From Bacteroidota bacterium (GTDB taxonomy: Bacteria > Bacteroidota > Ignavibacteria > Kapaibacteriales > Kapaibacteriaceae), in contig JAFDZT010000004.1 in NCBI GenBank assembly GCA_018266735.1, positions 887,728-951,727 on the forward strand: a DNA stretch of 64,000 nt, written 5' to 3'. This document shows, piece by piece, positions 1 to 10,107 of the stretch (its first letter is position 1; the number at the start of each line of letters is the position of its first letter). A model generated the notes under the pieces. That model was not told the DNA's origin. It saw nothing but the letters and a program-made list of their open reading frames with translations, and did not search any database. The position numbers and the translations under genes were made by a program.

Positions 1-1786
1 GGCGCTGCCGTTCCGGAGCGATCGACGTCAAGACCGTATCGAGGGGGAAACGTTTCACCGACCCCTCTTCAAGACCAAGAAATAGATAGCCACCTTCCAC
101 ACAGATCGACGAGATGGTCCCAATGGGATCAAGCGGGTGGTTGACCCATGTTGCTCCACCATCGGTCGACGAACAGAACCCATTGAAGGTTGGTGCTGCG
201 AACAGGACGTTGCCCGAACGAACAATTGATCTCAAATTCGGAATATAGACGCGGGCCCAGATCTCTCCATCGTTCGTGGATCGATAGAGACCTCTGCTTG
301 TTGCCGCAAGCACGGTGTCACCGAAGGCAAGTACGAACCAAACGTCATCGTCTGCCGTGGTACCGATGTTCAAACGTTTCCAATGTTGCCCGCTATCTCT
401 ACTTTGATACACTCCGCCATACGTGTTGCGATACGAGGTGATCGTTGCAGCATAGGCGCTCGTTTCGTTGCCCGACATTGAGTACACGTAGGCATCGGGA
501 AGTCCGCTATCCGCGCCGCCCCATGTTCGACCTTGGTCGGTTGACCTTGCTGTCCGTCGATCCTGACTGAAATACAAATCGGTGTTCACACACCAGACTC
601 CGGATATGCAACAGTTTCCCGGCCAGTCTGAAGTGTTCGCGAAAGAACTGCCTGCATCGGTGCTCACCCACACATGAGCATCGTTCGATAGGCCAAGTAT
701 CACAACACTGTCTCGCGTGTCGACCCCGAAAATTGATTGGTCTGGCAGCATGTTCTTCCACGTTTCGCCATGATCGGTCGAAGTATGGAGACCATTGTAG
801 TCGGATGTAGCAAATATTTTGCCGTGACTTGCCGACATGCGGTAGACATTGACCGCCGCTATGGCTTTCGGTATCTCTTTCCATGACTTGCCACCATCGA
901 CAGATCTGTACACCCCTTCTTTGTACGGACTCACAAGAATGGCATTTGCAGTTGCGACGATCGCAGAACCATACGCTCGGCCGGGTGCGATCACAAGCTG
1001 CCTCCACGTTGAGTCGGTTCGAGAACGAGTATGCGTTCCGTATCCATCATACCCTGTCGCATAGAACGTTCCATTCGCGTCAACCGTAAGTGAAGCAACA
1101 TCATTGAGTCCGAGTGGGGTCCACGTCGCCCCAACATCGGTTGACCGAAACACCCCTCCACCCATGGCTGCGTACAACCCGTGATTCGTTTTCACAAACT
1201 CATTCGTCCGGCTACTGTTTGAAGGACGAATGGACTTCCACGTCGTTCCCCCATCCGTTGTGCGCTCAATGCTCGTTGAACTCCCGAGGAGCAACACAGA
1301 GTCCTGCTGAAAGAAGATCTGTCCGAACTGTGTGCTCGTACCCTTCACATTCTCCCATGTTCGCCCGCTGTCTGCAGATCGAAGCACGCTGCCGAGGTAG
1401 GAAGCCGCATATAGCCACCCCCTGTGATCGATCACGTCGTTGACATTGTACGGTCGCGGAGATGACGTTGTGAGAGAGTCCCACGTTGTGCCGCTATCGT
1501 TGGAGATGAAGAGTCCGTGCGCCGTTGCCGCAAAGAGTCGACCATAGATCTCACGAATGTTGTGCACGTCGTGCAGTTTCCACGGGGAGTCCAGGCGTGA
1601 CCAGGTTTGTCCCTCGTCCTTCGATGCAAAGGCACCCCCTCCGGTACAGGCGATCACCCTTGATCCCAACGTCACGAAACGAAACACCATTCCTCCATAC
1701 GGTCCATCCAATGCCCTAAGTCCTTGTCCGTAAAGGACAAGCAGAAGCAGCACGGTTAAACGATGACAAGGTTGTTGCATTTTCAT
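1..1786 (-). CDS. BNR/Asp-box repeat beta-propeller protein with signal peptide (partial; C-terminus runs off the window)
   Basis: Hand translation of the reverse strand from ATG 1786-1784 gives MKMQQPCHRLTVLLLLVLYGQG... The frame appears open to position 1; it is absent from the ORF track because no stop falls in the window, and no other track ORF uses this frame. Repeated S-x-D-x-G-x-T-W boxes: TDGGTTW, STDVGATW, SVDGGKSW, STDHGETW, STDQGRTW, STDGGATW. Confidence 0.75.
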   Translation of the reverse strand, partial: MKMQQPCHRLTVLLLLVLYGQGLRALDGPYGGMVFRFVTLGSRVIACTGGGAFASKDEGQTWSRLDSPWKLHDVHNIREIYGRLFAATAHGLFISNDSGTTWDSLTTSSPRPYNVNDVIDHRGWLYAASYLGSVLRSADSGRTWENVKGTSTQFGQIFFQQDSVLLLGSSTSIERTTDGGTTWKSIRPSNSSRTNEFVKTNHGLYAAMGGGVFRSTDVGATWTPLGLNDVASLTVDANGTFYATGYDGYGTHTRSRTDSTWRQLVIAPGRAYGSAIVATANAILVSPYKEGVYRSVDGGKSWKEIPKAIAAVNVYRMSASHGKIFATSDYNGLHTSTDHGETWKNMLPDQSIFGVDTRDSVVILGLSNDAHVWVSTDAGSSFANTSDWPGNCCISGVWCVNTDLYFSQDRRTARSTDQGRTWGGADSGLPDAYVYSMSGNETSAYAATITSYRNTYGGVYQSRDSGQHWKRLNIGTTADDDVWFVLAFGDTVLAATSRGLYRSTNDGEIWARVYIPNLRSIVRSGNVLFAAPTFNGFCSSTDGGATWVNHPLDPIGTISSICVEGGYLFLGLEEGSVKRFPLDTVLTSIAPERQR

Positions 1787-1855
1787 CTTGGTTTTGCCCA
1801 ACAGTTGTACGATATTTGTATCGATGCCTATCCCGTACAACGAAAGAGGTTCGAT

Positions 1856-2074
1856 ATGCAAACGCAGGCGCTGACGATCTCCCCCAAGTATCAGGTGGTG
1901 ATCCCGCAGGAAGTTCGGGAAAAATTCGGTTTGCTGCCCGGACAGCTAGTGCGGTGGATCATTCACGACGGAATGCTGGTGCTCGTACCCGTGCTTTCCA
2001 TCGATGACCTGCGTGGGTATTTGAAAGACCACGATATTCGCTTGATCCGCGACAAAGAGAAGTTCGAAGCATGA
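1856..2074 (+). CDS. vapB: AbrB/SpoVT-type antitoxin (VapB-like)
   Basis: 72-aa ORF from ATG 1856, preceded by AAAGAGG at 1843-1849, inside track ORF 1763..2074. MQTQALTISPKYQVVIPQEVREKFGL resembles the swapped-hairpin AbrB N-terminus. Its stop overlaps the PIN gene start (ATGA). Confidence 0.8.
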   Translation: MQTQALTISPKYQVVIPQEVREKFGLLPGQLVRWIIHDGMLVLVPVLSIDDLRGYLKDHDIRLIRDKEKFEA

Positions 2075-2463
2075 AGACCGACCCTATCGTTCTGGACTCC
2101 TCTGCCTGGATCGAATACGTGCTGAACGGTCCGCACGCAGAAGAGTATGCCCGTGTACTGAAGAGCAAGACCACGGAAGTGATCGTGCCTTCGGTATGCA
2201 TCTTCGAAGTGTATCGGTCCATTGAACGCATCGTGGGCATGCGTGAAGCACTGGCCGTGACGATGAGCATGCAGGCCTTCATGATCGACGAACTATCGTC
2301 TGACCGAGCACGGCAGGCCGCAGCCATCAGCAGAGCGCATGTTCTGTCGACGGCCGATGCCATCATCTATGCCACAGCGCAAGCCTATGGCGCAACGCTG
2401 TACACACAAGACCCGGACTTCATGAAGCTCGACGGCGTGAAGTACTTCAAACACCGACGCTAA
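2071..2463 (+). CDS. vapC: PIN-domain ribonuclease toxin (VapC-like)
   Basis: 130 aa. N-terminal VLDSSAWIEY carries an acidic residue, and the C-terminal STADAIIYATA...TQDPDF is typical of a PIN domain. 4-bp overlap with the upstream antitoxin. Confidence 0.85.
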   Translation: MKTDPIVLDSSAWIEYVLNGPHAEEYARVLKSKTTEVIVPSVCIFEVYRSIERIVGMREALAVTMSMQAFMIDELSSDRARQAAAISRAHVLSTADAIIYATAQAYGATLYTQDPDFMKLDGVKYFKHRR

Positions 2464-2502
2464 CGCAACAACACAACATCCACTCTCCATTCGAGAACAA
2501 CA

Positions 2503-4749
2503 ATGGCAACGCAAGACCTCGACATGATCCGGAAGTCCTACGCGGCACTTCCGTCCAAGATCTCGGCCGCACGCACTATGCTCGGCAAGCCGCTCACACT
2601 TACGGAGAAGATCCTTTACTCGCATATGGCCGAGATGCCATCGACGGCCCATGCACGCGGCAAGGCCTACGTGGACTTCCATCCGGACCGCGTGGCCATG
2701 CAGGACGCCACAGCACAGATGGCCCTGTTGCAATTCATGAGCGCCGGCATTCCGCAAGTTGCTGTGCCGAGCACCGTGCACTGCGATCACCTGATCCGCG
2801 CCGAGCACGGCGCCACGTCCGATCTCGAGAAGTCGCTCGTCGAGAACAAGGAGGTCTTCGACTTCCTTGCCTCCGTGTCCCGTAAATACGGCATCGGGTT
2901 CTGGAAGCCCGGCGCCGGCATCATTCACCAAGTGGTGCTCGAGAACTATGCATTCCCGGGCGGCATGATGATCGGCACGGATTCACATACACCAAATGCC
3001 GGCGGACTTGGAATGGTGGCCATTGGTGTTGGTGGTGCCGACGCCGTCGACGTGATGGCCGGCATGCCATGGGAACTGCAAATGCCGAAGATCATCGGCG
3101 TGAAGCTCACGGGCAAGATGTCGGGCTGGACCTCGCCAAAGGATGTGATCCTCAAGTTGGCAGGGATCTTGACGGTGAAGGGCGGCACAGGAGCCATCGT
3201 GGAATACTTCGGCGACGGCACTGCATCCTTCAGCGCAACCGGCAAGGCCACGATCTGCAACATGGGCGCAGAGATCGGCGCTACCACATCCGTTTTCCCG
3301 TATGACGATGGCATGGATCGCTACCTGCGCGCAACGGATCGCAACGATGTTGCCGATCTCGCCAAGACCGTGCGCGAACACCTTGTTGCCGATGCAGAAG
3401 TAGAAGCATCACCGGAGTCGTACTACGATCAGGTGATCCATATCGATCTCAACACGCTTGAACCACACATCAACGGACCGTTCACACCCGATCGCGCTAT
3501 GGAGCTTTCTGAGTTCGTCAAGGCCGTGAAGGAGAACAACTGGCCCGCTGAATTGCGCGTTGCTCTGATCGGTTCGTGCACGAACTCGTCGTACGAAGAC
3601 ATGTCGCGCGTTGCCGATATCGCAGCCTTTGCATCGTCGCACGGACTCAAGGCGAAGAGCGAATTCACCATCACACCGGGCTCGGAGCAGGTTCGTGCAA
3701 CGATCCAACGTGATGGTTTCTTGCAGAAGATGGAAGACATCGGAGGCACCGTGTTGGCCAATGCCTGCGGTCCATGCATCGGTCAGTGGAAACGTCACGA
3801 CGTGCAAGCCGGCGATCGTAACTCCATCATCACCTCCTTCAATCGCAACTTCACCGGTCGCAACGACGGCATCAAGGAAACACATGCCTTTGTTGCCTCG
3901 CCTGAAACCGTTGCCGCCTTTGCCCTTGCCGGTAACCTCACCGTCAACTTCATGAAGGAACCGATCGACGGCGTCATGCTCGAAGCACCTGCCGGAAAGG
4001 AACTTCCGAATGGTGGCTTTGTACCGGACCCCGACGGATTCGTCAAACCCGCCGAAGATGGCTCTACCGTGAGCGTGCTCATCGCCGACGATAGCAACCG
4101 TCTGCAAGCGCTGGCACCATTTGCCGCACCGAAGGCAGAAGAGTACGTCAACATGCCCGTCCTCCTCAAGGCCAAGGGCAAGTGCACCACCGATCACATC
4201 TCGATGGCAGGTCCGTGGCTTCGCTTCCGCGGCCATCTCGACAACATCTCGAACAACATGTTCATCGGCGCGATCAACTACGTGAACGACACGGCCAATG
4301 CCGTCAAGAACATCTTCACGGGTGAGTATGCAGAGGTTCCTGCCACGGCGCGTGATTACAAGGCACGCGGCATCTTCTGGGTGGTCGTTGGCGATGAGAA
4401 CTATGGCGAAGGTTCTTCGCGTGAGCACGCAGCCATGGAACCTCGCTTCCTTGGCGGCAAGGCCATCATCACGAAGAGCTTTGCACGGATCCACGAGACC
4501 AACCTCAAGAAGCAAGGCATGTTGCCACTCACGTTCGTCAACGCGGCCGACTACGACGTGATCCGCGAAGGAGATCGCATCACGCTCGACATCAATGCAC
4601 TTGCCGTGGGTGCGAACCTTACGGCCGTCGTGAACCACGAAGACGGCACGACGGACAGCATCGAACTCAAGCACACGATGAACGACCAGCAGATCGGCTG
4701 GTTCCATGCCGGTTCGGCTCTGAACCTCATCGCTGCGAAGTCGAAGTAA
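2503..4749 (+). CDS. acnA: Aconitate hydratase (about 750-aa mitochondrial-type aconitase)
   Basis: 748 aa with aconitase motifs [44 protein letters not shown] and a swivel-domain C-terminus. Confidence 0.95.
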   Translation: MATQDLDMIRKSYAALPSKISAARTMLGKPLTLTEKILYSHMAEMPSTAHARGKAYVDFHPDRVAMQDATAQMALLQFMSAGIPQVAVPSTVHCDHLIRAEHGATSDLEKSLVENKEVFDFLASVSRKYGIGFWKPGAGIIHQVVLENYAFPGGMMIGTDSHTPNAGGLGMVAIGVGGADAVDVMAGMPWELQMPKIIGVKLTGKMSGWTSPKDVILKLAGILTVKGGTGAIVEYFGDGTASFSATGKATICNMGAEIGATTSVFPYDDGMDRYLRATDRNDVADLAKTVREHLVADAEVEASPESYYDQVIHIDLNTLEPHINGPFTPDRAMELSEFVKAVKENNWPAELRVALIGSCTNSSYEDMSRVADIAAFASSHGLKAKSEFTITPGSEQVRATIQRDGFLQKMEDIGGTVLANACGPCIGQWKRHDVQAGDRNSIITSFNRNFTGRNDGIKETHAFVASPETVAAFALAGNLTVNFMKEPIDGVMLEAPAGKELPNGGFVPDPDGFVKPAEDGSTVSVLIADDSNRLQALAPFAAPKAEEYVNMPVLLKAKGKCTTDHISMAGPWLRFRGHLDNISNNMFIGAINYVNDTANAVKNIFTGEYAEVPATARDYKARGIFWVVVGDENYGEGSSREHAAMEPRFLGGKAIITKSFARIHETNLKKQGMLPLTFVNAADYDVIREGDRITLDINALAVGANLTAVVNHEDGTTDSIELKHTMNDQQIGWFHAGSALNLIAAKSK

Positions 4750-4768
4750 GATCGCCGTTCGAGAACAC

Positions 4769-4806
4769 AACGCCCCGTCATGCAGTGCTTGGCGGGGCGT
4801 TCTTGC
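4769..4806 (+). terminator. Possible intrinsic terminator after aconitase
   Basis: Stem AACGCCCCG (4769-4777) pairs with CGGGGCGTT (4793-4801). The loop is about 15 nt and the tail is weakly T-rich (TCTTG). Confidence 0.4.
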
Positions 4807-4895
4807 AGCAGTAGAGTTGCAGTACACGCGTGATGTACTCCGTCGATATTTTGCAACCTCGACCGATGACACCATAACCGATCACTATCGAATGA

Positions 4896-5729
4896 ATGAA
4901 CATGATGTTCTTGTTGCAGCTCCTTGGCGCACTTGCCATCGCATCGATGATCACTTCTTGTTCCACCTATTCGGAACCGGAACCACCGATCCAACTGTGT
5001 GACGTTCGCGCGTATCAACCCTATGCCGTCGGCTCCTATTGGATCTACGAGACATCAGTGCAGCCCGGAGGCCGCATCACGATCGACTCCATGGTCGTAA
5101 CGGACACGTCGTCGACCGGAACTGCGACGTCGTTCACGTTGCGATACTTCGTGGACGGATCCCTGGTGAACGAGTTCACGTCCGGTTTTGCGAAGTATGG
5201 CAGTCCAAACGAATACCTCGTTGAACAACTCCCAAGCAGGTTCAACGACCTACGAACCCCCACCACCCTTCGCGAATGGGGATTCCAAGGTCCGGTACTG
5301 TATTGCGGCATGTCGCTTGGACCTGTGAGCATCTATGCACAGCTCGATTCGATCTCTGTTGTAGATACGCTCGGCAACATGATTCGCGCTGGTCTTCAAT
5401 ACCACATCGTGAGCGACGGCTCGCACACAACGGCCACGATGTCACAGCTCAGCATCTCTTCGCCAACACCAACGATCGATGGGTCCACAGGCATTCGACG
5501 CGTAGACATGACCACTGCAGATACGGTGATGATCCAAGAACCCTCATACGCGACCTTTCCAAATGGAAAGCGGTACTATACCTCATCAACGCGTATGAAT
5601 CGCACCTATGCCTATGGGGTGGGAATGCTCCTCGAGAGCATAACGCAAGAGATCGGCGTGCCCACGTCCACGACACCAACGATGAAGGGCAGCACCCGCC
5701 GTCTTCTTCGTTATGGACGGGTGAAGTAG
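4896..5729 (+). CDS. Hypothetical lipoprotein
   Basis: 277 aa. Signal peptide with lipobox: MNMMFLLQLLGALAIASMITSCS. I recognise no domain. Confidence 0.6.
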   Translation: MNMMFLLQLLGALAIASMITSCSTYSEPEPPIQLCDVRAYQPYAVGSYWIYETSVQPGGRITIDSMVVTDTSSTGTATSFTLRYFVDGSLVNEFTSGFAKYGSPNEYLVEQLPSRFNDLRTPTTLREWGFQGPVLYCGMSLGPVSIYAQLDSISVVDTLGNMIRAGLQYHIVSDGSHTTATMSQLSISSPTPTIDGSTGIRRVDMTTADTVMIQEPSYATFPNGKRYYTSSTRMNRTYAYGVGMLLESITQEIGVPTSTTPTMKGSTRRLLRYGRVK

Positions 5730-5739
5730 GCTCGAACGC

Positions 5740-6750
5740 TCACCACTTCATCGAGATGGAGATGGCAGGCATGATGTACGATCTGATGGTCCAGTCCATT
5801 CTTGGCTGCGCTGTAACAGTGTAGCGCAGTCCTGCCCGCAACGTGGCCTGACCGACGTCGACGACCCCAATGAGCACCTCAGCATTAGCGATCGGGCCCA
5901 CGTCGGTCGCACCGAGCGCGATCGATCCGCGAACAGGAGTGTTTGCAAACGGAAGTGTTGCGATCGGCGCCTGTATGCCCACAGAGAAGAACGGCCGCTG
6001 TGCCGATGCCGTCGTGTCTCGTATCACTCCATTGTCAACCACGCGCTGATCATAGGCCGACGACATCATGCCGAGTTCGACAAAGGGTACATAGGCAGAC
6101 CCCACATCGAGAGCGAGTCGTGCCGAAACGATCGAGGGCGTTGCGACCACATCAGAGATGCAACGGATGGGAGCCGCCGGATCCGGACGGTACAAGAACA
6201 GCTGTGACCGCATCACCGACCCATCTGCTTCCAACGGTTGCACGTTCGGTACGGCATCTTCCTGCATTCGCACTTCATCCACCAGTATGGTCGTCTCTTC
6301 TGCCTCCACAACGGCGATCGCCGCCGCGCGCTGGCGTGATCGCGGCCCTTCCTCATGTGGGCCAACCGTTGGTGCAGGAGCAACACCGGGAGCTGGAGCT
6401 GGAGCTGGAGCTGGAGATGACGAGATCGGCACCATCACGTCGTTCTCCACGGATGCAACCGATACAAAGAGCAGCGCTATCGATGCCACGAGCCCATGCA
6501 AGAGCATGCGTTCCGCGGATCTTCCTGCGGCATAGCGCGCAACGTGTCCCATGACCAATGCTTTTGTGGATCCCGACGGAGCGAGTGCATATGCATCGTC
6601 CAGGATCGCAACGTGAAGTGCTGTTTCCTCGCGCAGATACTCTGCGAGAAGGGGGTCGCTCCCAACATCATGCATGAAGGCCGCCTCTTCATCAGCGGTC
6701 ATTTGACCGTCGATGTATCGATGCGTGAGGATGATGAAGCTCTCCTTCAC
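5740..6750 (-). CDS. Putative anti-sigma factor with (PA)n linker and beta-rich C-terminal domain
   Basis: 336 aa with a 4-bp overlap with the upstream ECF sigma gene. The N-terminus HRYIDGQMTADEEAAFMHDV is like an anti-sigma N-domain. One TM segment (LLHGLVASIALLFVSVASV), then PAPAPAPAPG, and a C-terminus ending ...ISISMKW. Confidence 0.65.
   Translation of the reverse strand: MKESFIILTHRYIDGQMTADEEAAFMHDVGSDPLLAEYLREETALHVAILDDAYALAPSGSTKALVMGHVARYAAGRSAERMLLHGLVASIALLFVSVASVENDVMVPISSSPAPAPAPAPGVAPAPTVGPHEEGPRSRQRAAAIAVVEAEETTILVDEVRMQEDAVPNVQPLEADGSVMRSQLFLYRPDPAAPIRCISDVVATPSIVSARLALDVGSAYVPFVELGMMSSAYDQRVVDNGVIRDTTASAQRPFFSVGIQAPIATLPFANTPVRGSIALGATDVGPIANAEVLIGVVDVGQATLRAGLRYTVTAQPRMDWTIRSYIMPAISISMKW
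6389..6416. repeat. In-frame hexanucleotide repeat (GGAGCT, about 4.5 units) encoding the (PA)n linker
   Basis: GGAGCTGGAGCTGGAGCTGGAGCTGGAG read directly. It lies inside the anti-sigma CDS on the opposite strand. Confidence 0.9.
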
Positions 6751-7307
6751 GACCGCACCTCTCCCACGACCACTCGCAAAAGAACCTTGAGGAGCGTCTT
6801 TGCCCTGAACACCCGCATTCGAACCGTTCCGGCGGTCTCGTTGGTGACCGATGCGATCTCGTCGTACGAAAGCCCATCATAGTACCGCAACACAAAAGCC
6901 TCACGTGCCGGATCCGGCAATCGATGTAGTGCCAGAGCAATGTGCGATCGAAGATCTTCAGCGTGGAGCGCTTCGTGAGGGTCAACGACCAACGAGTCCT
7001 CTTCAATGGACGTTGTCTGCTTCGAATTGCGAACAACGTTCATCACACGCTGACGTGCGATCATCAGGCAGAAGGGAATGGGGTCGACAAGTACGTTCCC
7101 CTTTCGTAGATGTGTGTGGACCCGAATGAATGTCTCTTGTGTGATGTCGTCCGAGATGTCTGCACACGACGTCATCCGCATAGCGTATACGAAGACATGC
7201 CGAGAGACGGCATCATAGAACTCACCAAACGCCGCATCACGCAGGTGTGGTGTATTCAGCCGCCGAAGCAACTCGATATCGAATGATGACGATGACACGT
7301 GTTCCAT
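6747..7307 (-). CDS. ECF-type RNA polymerase sigma-70 factor
   Basis: 186 aa. Region 2 (DITQETFIRVHTHL) and region 4 HTH (FVLRYYDGLSYDEIASVTNETAGTVRMRVFRAKTLL). Confidence 0.9.
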   Translation of the reverse strand: MEHVSSSSFDIELLRRLNTPHLRDAAFGEFYDAVSRHVFVYAMRMTSCADISDDITQETFIRVHTHLRKGNVLVDPIPFCLMIARQRVMNVVRNSKQTTSIEEDSLVVDPHEALHAEDLRSHIALALHRLPDPAREAFVLRYYDGLSYDEIASVTNETAGTVRMRVFRAKTLLKVLLRVVVGEVRS

Positions 7308-7440
7308 GGTCCGTAGTGCCTACACCCTTGACCCGCAAGAACGTCACGCTGGTCAGCTCGAATTCTGCTGACGTGTGACAAAGATCATCGTTCGGGGTGT
7401 GATCGGGACAGGCCTCTTCACCAACATAGTGCCGAATGGC

Positions 7441-10107
7441 ATGACAAAACAACATCCCTATCGTTTCCCCACCATAATGGTCATGATGACCGTCCTCTGT
7501 TGCAGCATCAACGTGCTTCAGGCACAGGAGCAGATGCGTGTGCAATGGTCGACATTCCTTGGTGGATCAGGACGTGACGAAGCGCGCGACCTCTGTGTTG
7601 ACGACAGCGACAATGTCTATGTCTGCGGCGTCTTCGCAAGTACGGATTTTCCATCGCCTCGTGGCAATGGATCGTCCGATGCCAGCGGACCCGGATATGT
7701 TGCCAGACTGGATGCCAATGGACGACTTCGGTGGATGCAGTGGATCGCCGGTGTTGAACCGCATGAAGTGTGCGTGTCGAGCGATGGGTTCCTTGTCGTC
7801 GCGGCGAGCGCAACCGTAGGTTCGAACACACTTGCCGGTCCGCAACCCGGTGCAGTCGGCTCCAAGAATGCAGCCATTGTTGCATTCAGCACCGCGGGCG
7901 AAAGGCTTGGCTCCTACGTCCTTGGAGGCGTCGGTGAAGACATTGCAACGTCTGTCGACATTGCACGAGAGATGATCTTCATTGGTGGCATCACATCATC
8001 TACCGACTTTCCCGTATCGGCCAACGCATCGCAACGCACCTATGGCGGTGACGGGTCAACGGGGCAAGGGATCGGTGATGGATTCGTCGCCAAGGTACGG
8101 ATCAGGGTGGCAGGGCCGAGTGCAACATTGTCTCCACTCGTCGTGAGCTATCTCGGCGGGAGATACCTGGACGAGATCCTGTGTTTGCGCGTGAACAATT
8201 CTCTTGGTGGACTCTACGTGGCCGGTCGAACGCGTAGCGACAACCTCCCGGGCCAAGTGAACATTCAGCAACGTGTTGGAACAGAGTTCGATGACGACGG
8301 TTTCGTCTGTCGGCTCGACACATTCTCTCTGTTCCCCCAGTGGACGATGTACTGTGGCGGACAAGGCAACGACGTCATCTATTCGATCCAACCGTACGTC
8401 GTGATCAGAGAACCATCCGGTAATGTGAGTGTGGACGTACGTGCATGTGGTCTGTTCAATGGAGGCGACGTTGTCTATCCAGGGCAGCCTTCCTACCCTA
8501 GCTTGACCTATCGTGGAGGAACACGCTTTGGAGGGGACGCGTTCGGATTCGTGATCTCGAACTTCTTCAACCTTGTGACCAGTGTGAGCGGTCTGCAAAC
8601 TACCCTTGATGACTGGGCAGTTGCAATGCCGCGAAACAACGGTGGATCGCAAGGACCCCTTCTCTTCTCCAACGGTGAGATCGGACCGTTCGGTCCGAGT
8701 GTTGGTATCAACGCCTATATCTGGAACAATGCCATCCCAACGACGGCCCCGACCGTTGTTACGGAGTTCGAAGCGCCAGGAGACGAAGCGGTGCTTGACG
8801 ATGAGAACACTCGATTTGGTTTTGGAGGACGTGCCGTTGGTCGCAATGGCGAGTACATCTGCGGCACAACATCCAGCGCCAGCATTCCCGGCACGGACGG
8901 CTCGGCGTTCGTCCCACAGACCTCGTCTGGTGGCGGACTGGACGGCTACATCGTAAAGATCGGATGTTCACTTCGTCAGTCGGTGTTGCGAGCGTCGAAC
9001 AAGTTCCTCTGCAGTAGTTCGGATAGTTCTGTCCTGTCGCTCGATGGTGACGTTACCAATGTGACCTGGAGCGACGGTACGAGCGGACAATCGACGACCG
9101 TGCGATCACCCGGCCTGTATCGCGTTCGATACTCTGTGCTCTATGGCTGCAATGAGTATGAAGACTCCATTCTGATATCGGCCGGTCGCCTCCCATCAGC
9201 TGTCCTCGAGCCAACACAAGACCGAACCCTTTGCGCCGGCGACTCGCTCACGGTACGCCTTGCGAACAAGGTCGACGTTGACTCCATTGCCTGGAATGGC
9301 GGAACGATGGGGACGACCGATACTCTCGTTGTCAAGAGACCGGGCACCTATGTTGCCACTCTTCGGTCCGCTGATGGCTGCACCATGCAAACGAACACCG
9401 TCACGGTGCGAGAATACTCCCTGCCGCCTTCCACGACCCTCCTGTTGGACATTGTAGGGGGAGAGGCACATCCGACCGGTGCAACCGTACGTGCGATCCT
9501 TCGCATCTCGACATCACCTTCGCTTCCGATCGAGGACTATCCGATCGCATGGACGGCTGTGGTATCGGTCGATGCCACGGTGCTCTTCCCTCGTGCACCA
9601 CTGCCGATCGGAGTTGTGAGCGGTTCTGTGCGCACCATGCGTGTGAGCGGCTTACGCGCATCATCGAGTGATACACTCGGCGTGCTGACGTTCACGGCTG
9701 CGCTTGGTGAAACAGACACATCCGTGATCCGCGTTGACAGCGTTGAGTTCACGGCATGCGGTGAACGTACGGGGCCGACACAGACAACAATGGTCGTATC
9801 GAACATCTGCAATGCAGATTCAACGAAGCGTTTCGTATCGACACGTCAGGTGCGTCTTGCAGTGCAGATCGCACCCAATCCTTCCACCGGTGGCAATGCA
9901 ACGATCTCCGTGTTCTCCGAAGACCGTTCTGCAACAACGATCCAGTTGTTTGACCTTCTCGGCGTGGCCGTAGCGACCGCTCCTGCGATCCCGGCGCAAC
10001 AGCATCTGGAGCTGTGCATTCCATCCGATCTTCCTACAGGAACCTATGTTGTTGTTGTTCGGTGCGGTGAGCAGATGACAACACGCATGCTTGAGGTGTT
10101 GAAATGA
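7441..10107 (+). CDS. Large secreted protein, SBBP-like beta-propeller repeats with a T9SS-type C-terminal sorting domain
   Basis: Track ORF 7375..10107 starts at GTG. ATG 7441 gives a signal peptide: MTKQHPYRFPTIMVMMTVLCCSINVLQAQ. GGSGRDEARDLCVDDSDNVYVCG-type repeats. The C-terminus APNPSTGGNATISVF...LFDLLGVAV...GTYVVVVRCG...MLEVLK resembles a Por/T9SS CTD. Confidence 0.8.
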   Translation: MTKQHPYRFPTIMVMMTVLCCSINVLQAQEQMRVQWSTFLGGSGRDEARDLCVDDSDNVYVCGVFASTDFPSPRGNGSSDASGPGYVARLDANGRLRWMQWIAGVEPHEVCVSSDGFLVVAASATVGSNTLAGPQPGAVGSKNAAIVAFSTAGERLGSYVLGGVGEDIATSVDIAREMIFIGGITSSTDFPVSANASQRTYGGDGSTGQGIGDGFVAKVRIRVAGPSATLSPLVVSYLGGRYLDEILCLRVNNSLGGLYVAGRTRSDNLPGQVNIQQRVGTEFDDDGFVCRLDTFSLFPQWTMYCGGQGNDVIYSIQPYVVIREPSGNVSVDVRACGLFNGGDVVYPGQPSYPSLTYRGGTRFGGDAFGFVISNFFNLVTSVSGLQTTLDDWAVAMPRNNGGSQGPLLFSNGEIGPFGPSVGINAYIWNNAIPTTAPTVVTEFEAPGDEAVLDDENTRFGFGGRAVGRNGEYICGTTSSASIPGTDGSAFVPQTSSGGGLDGYIVKIGCSLRQSVLRASNKFLCSSSDSSVLSLDGDVTNVTWSDGTSGQSTTVRSPGLYRVRYSVLYGCNEYEDSILISAGRLPSAVLEPTQDRTLCAGDSLTVRLANKVDVDSIAWNGGTMGTTDTLVVKRPGTYVATLRSADGCTMQTNTVTVREYSLPPSTTLLLDIVGGEAHPTGATVRAILRISTSPSLPIEDYPIAWTAVVSVDATVLFPRAPLPIGVVSGSVRTMRVSGLRASSSDTLGVLTFTAALGETDTSVIRVDSVEFTACGERTGPTQTTMVVSNICNADSTKRFVSTRQVRLAVQIAPNPSTGGNATISVFSEDRSATTIQLFDLLGVAVATAPAIPAQQHLELCIPSDLPTGTYVVVVRCGEQMTTRMLEVLK

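Noticed and set aside
3409-4875. 488-aa minus-strand ORF antisense to aconitase. There are similar long antisense or out-of-frame ORFs at 2293..2931, 17562..18410, 36838..37683, 41586..42695, 42589..44190, 52737..54626, 54709..55680, 55921..56964, 57107..58453, 58371..59525, 60250..61041 and 63098..63916.
   Set aside because: These are shadow ORFs typical of high-G+C DNA. Each overlaps a gene with unmistakable conserved motifs on the other strand or frame, and their translations are Arg/Gly/His-rich with no recognisable domains.
7375-7440. GTG start at 7375 for the large T9SS protein, and similar upstream alternative starts at 1763, 12747, 18328, 22075..23082, 26047, 30371, 40517, 41445, 42613, 47909, 51189, 60221, 61038 and 62477.
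   Set aside because: The internal ATGs give canonical N-termini (signal peptides, lipoboxes, conserved enzyme N-termini), remove overlaps with neighbours, and often have an RBS-like purine tract. The upstream extensions look non-coding.
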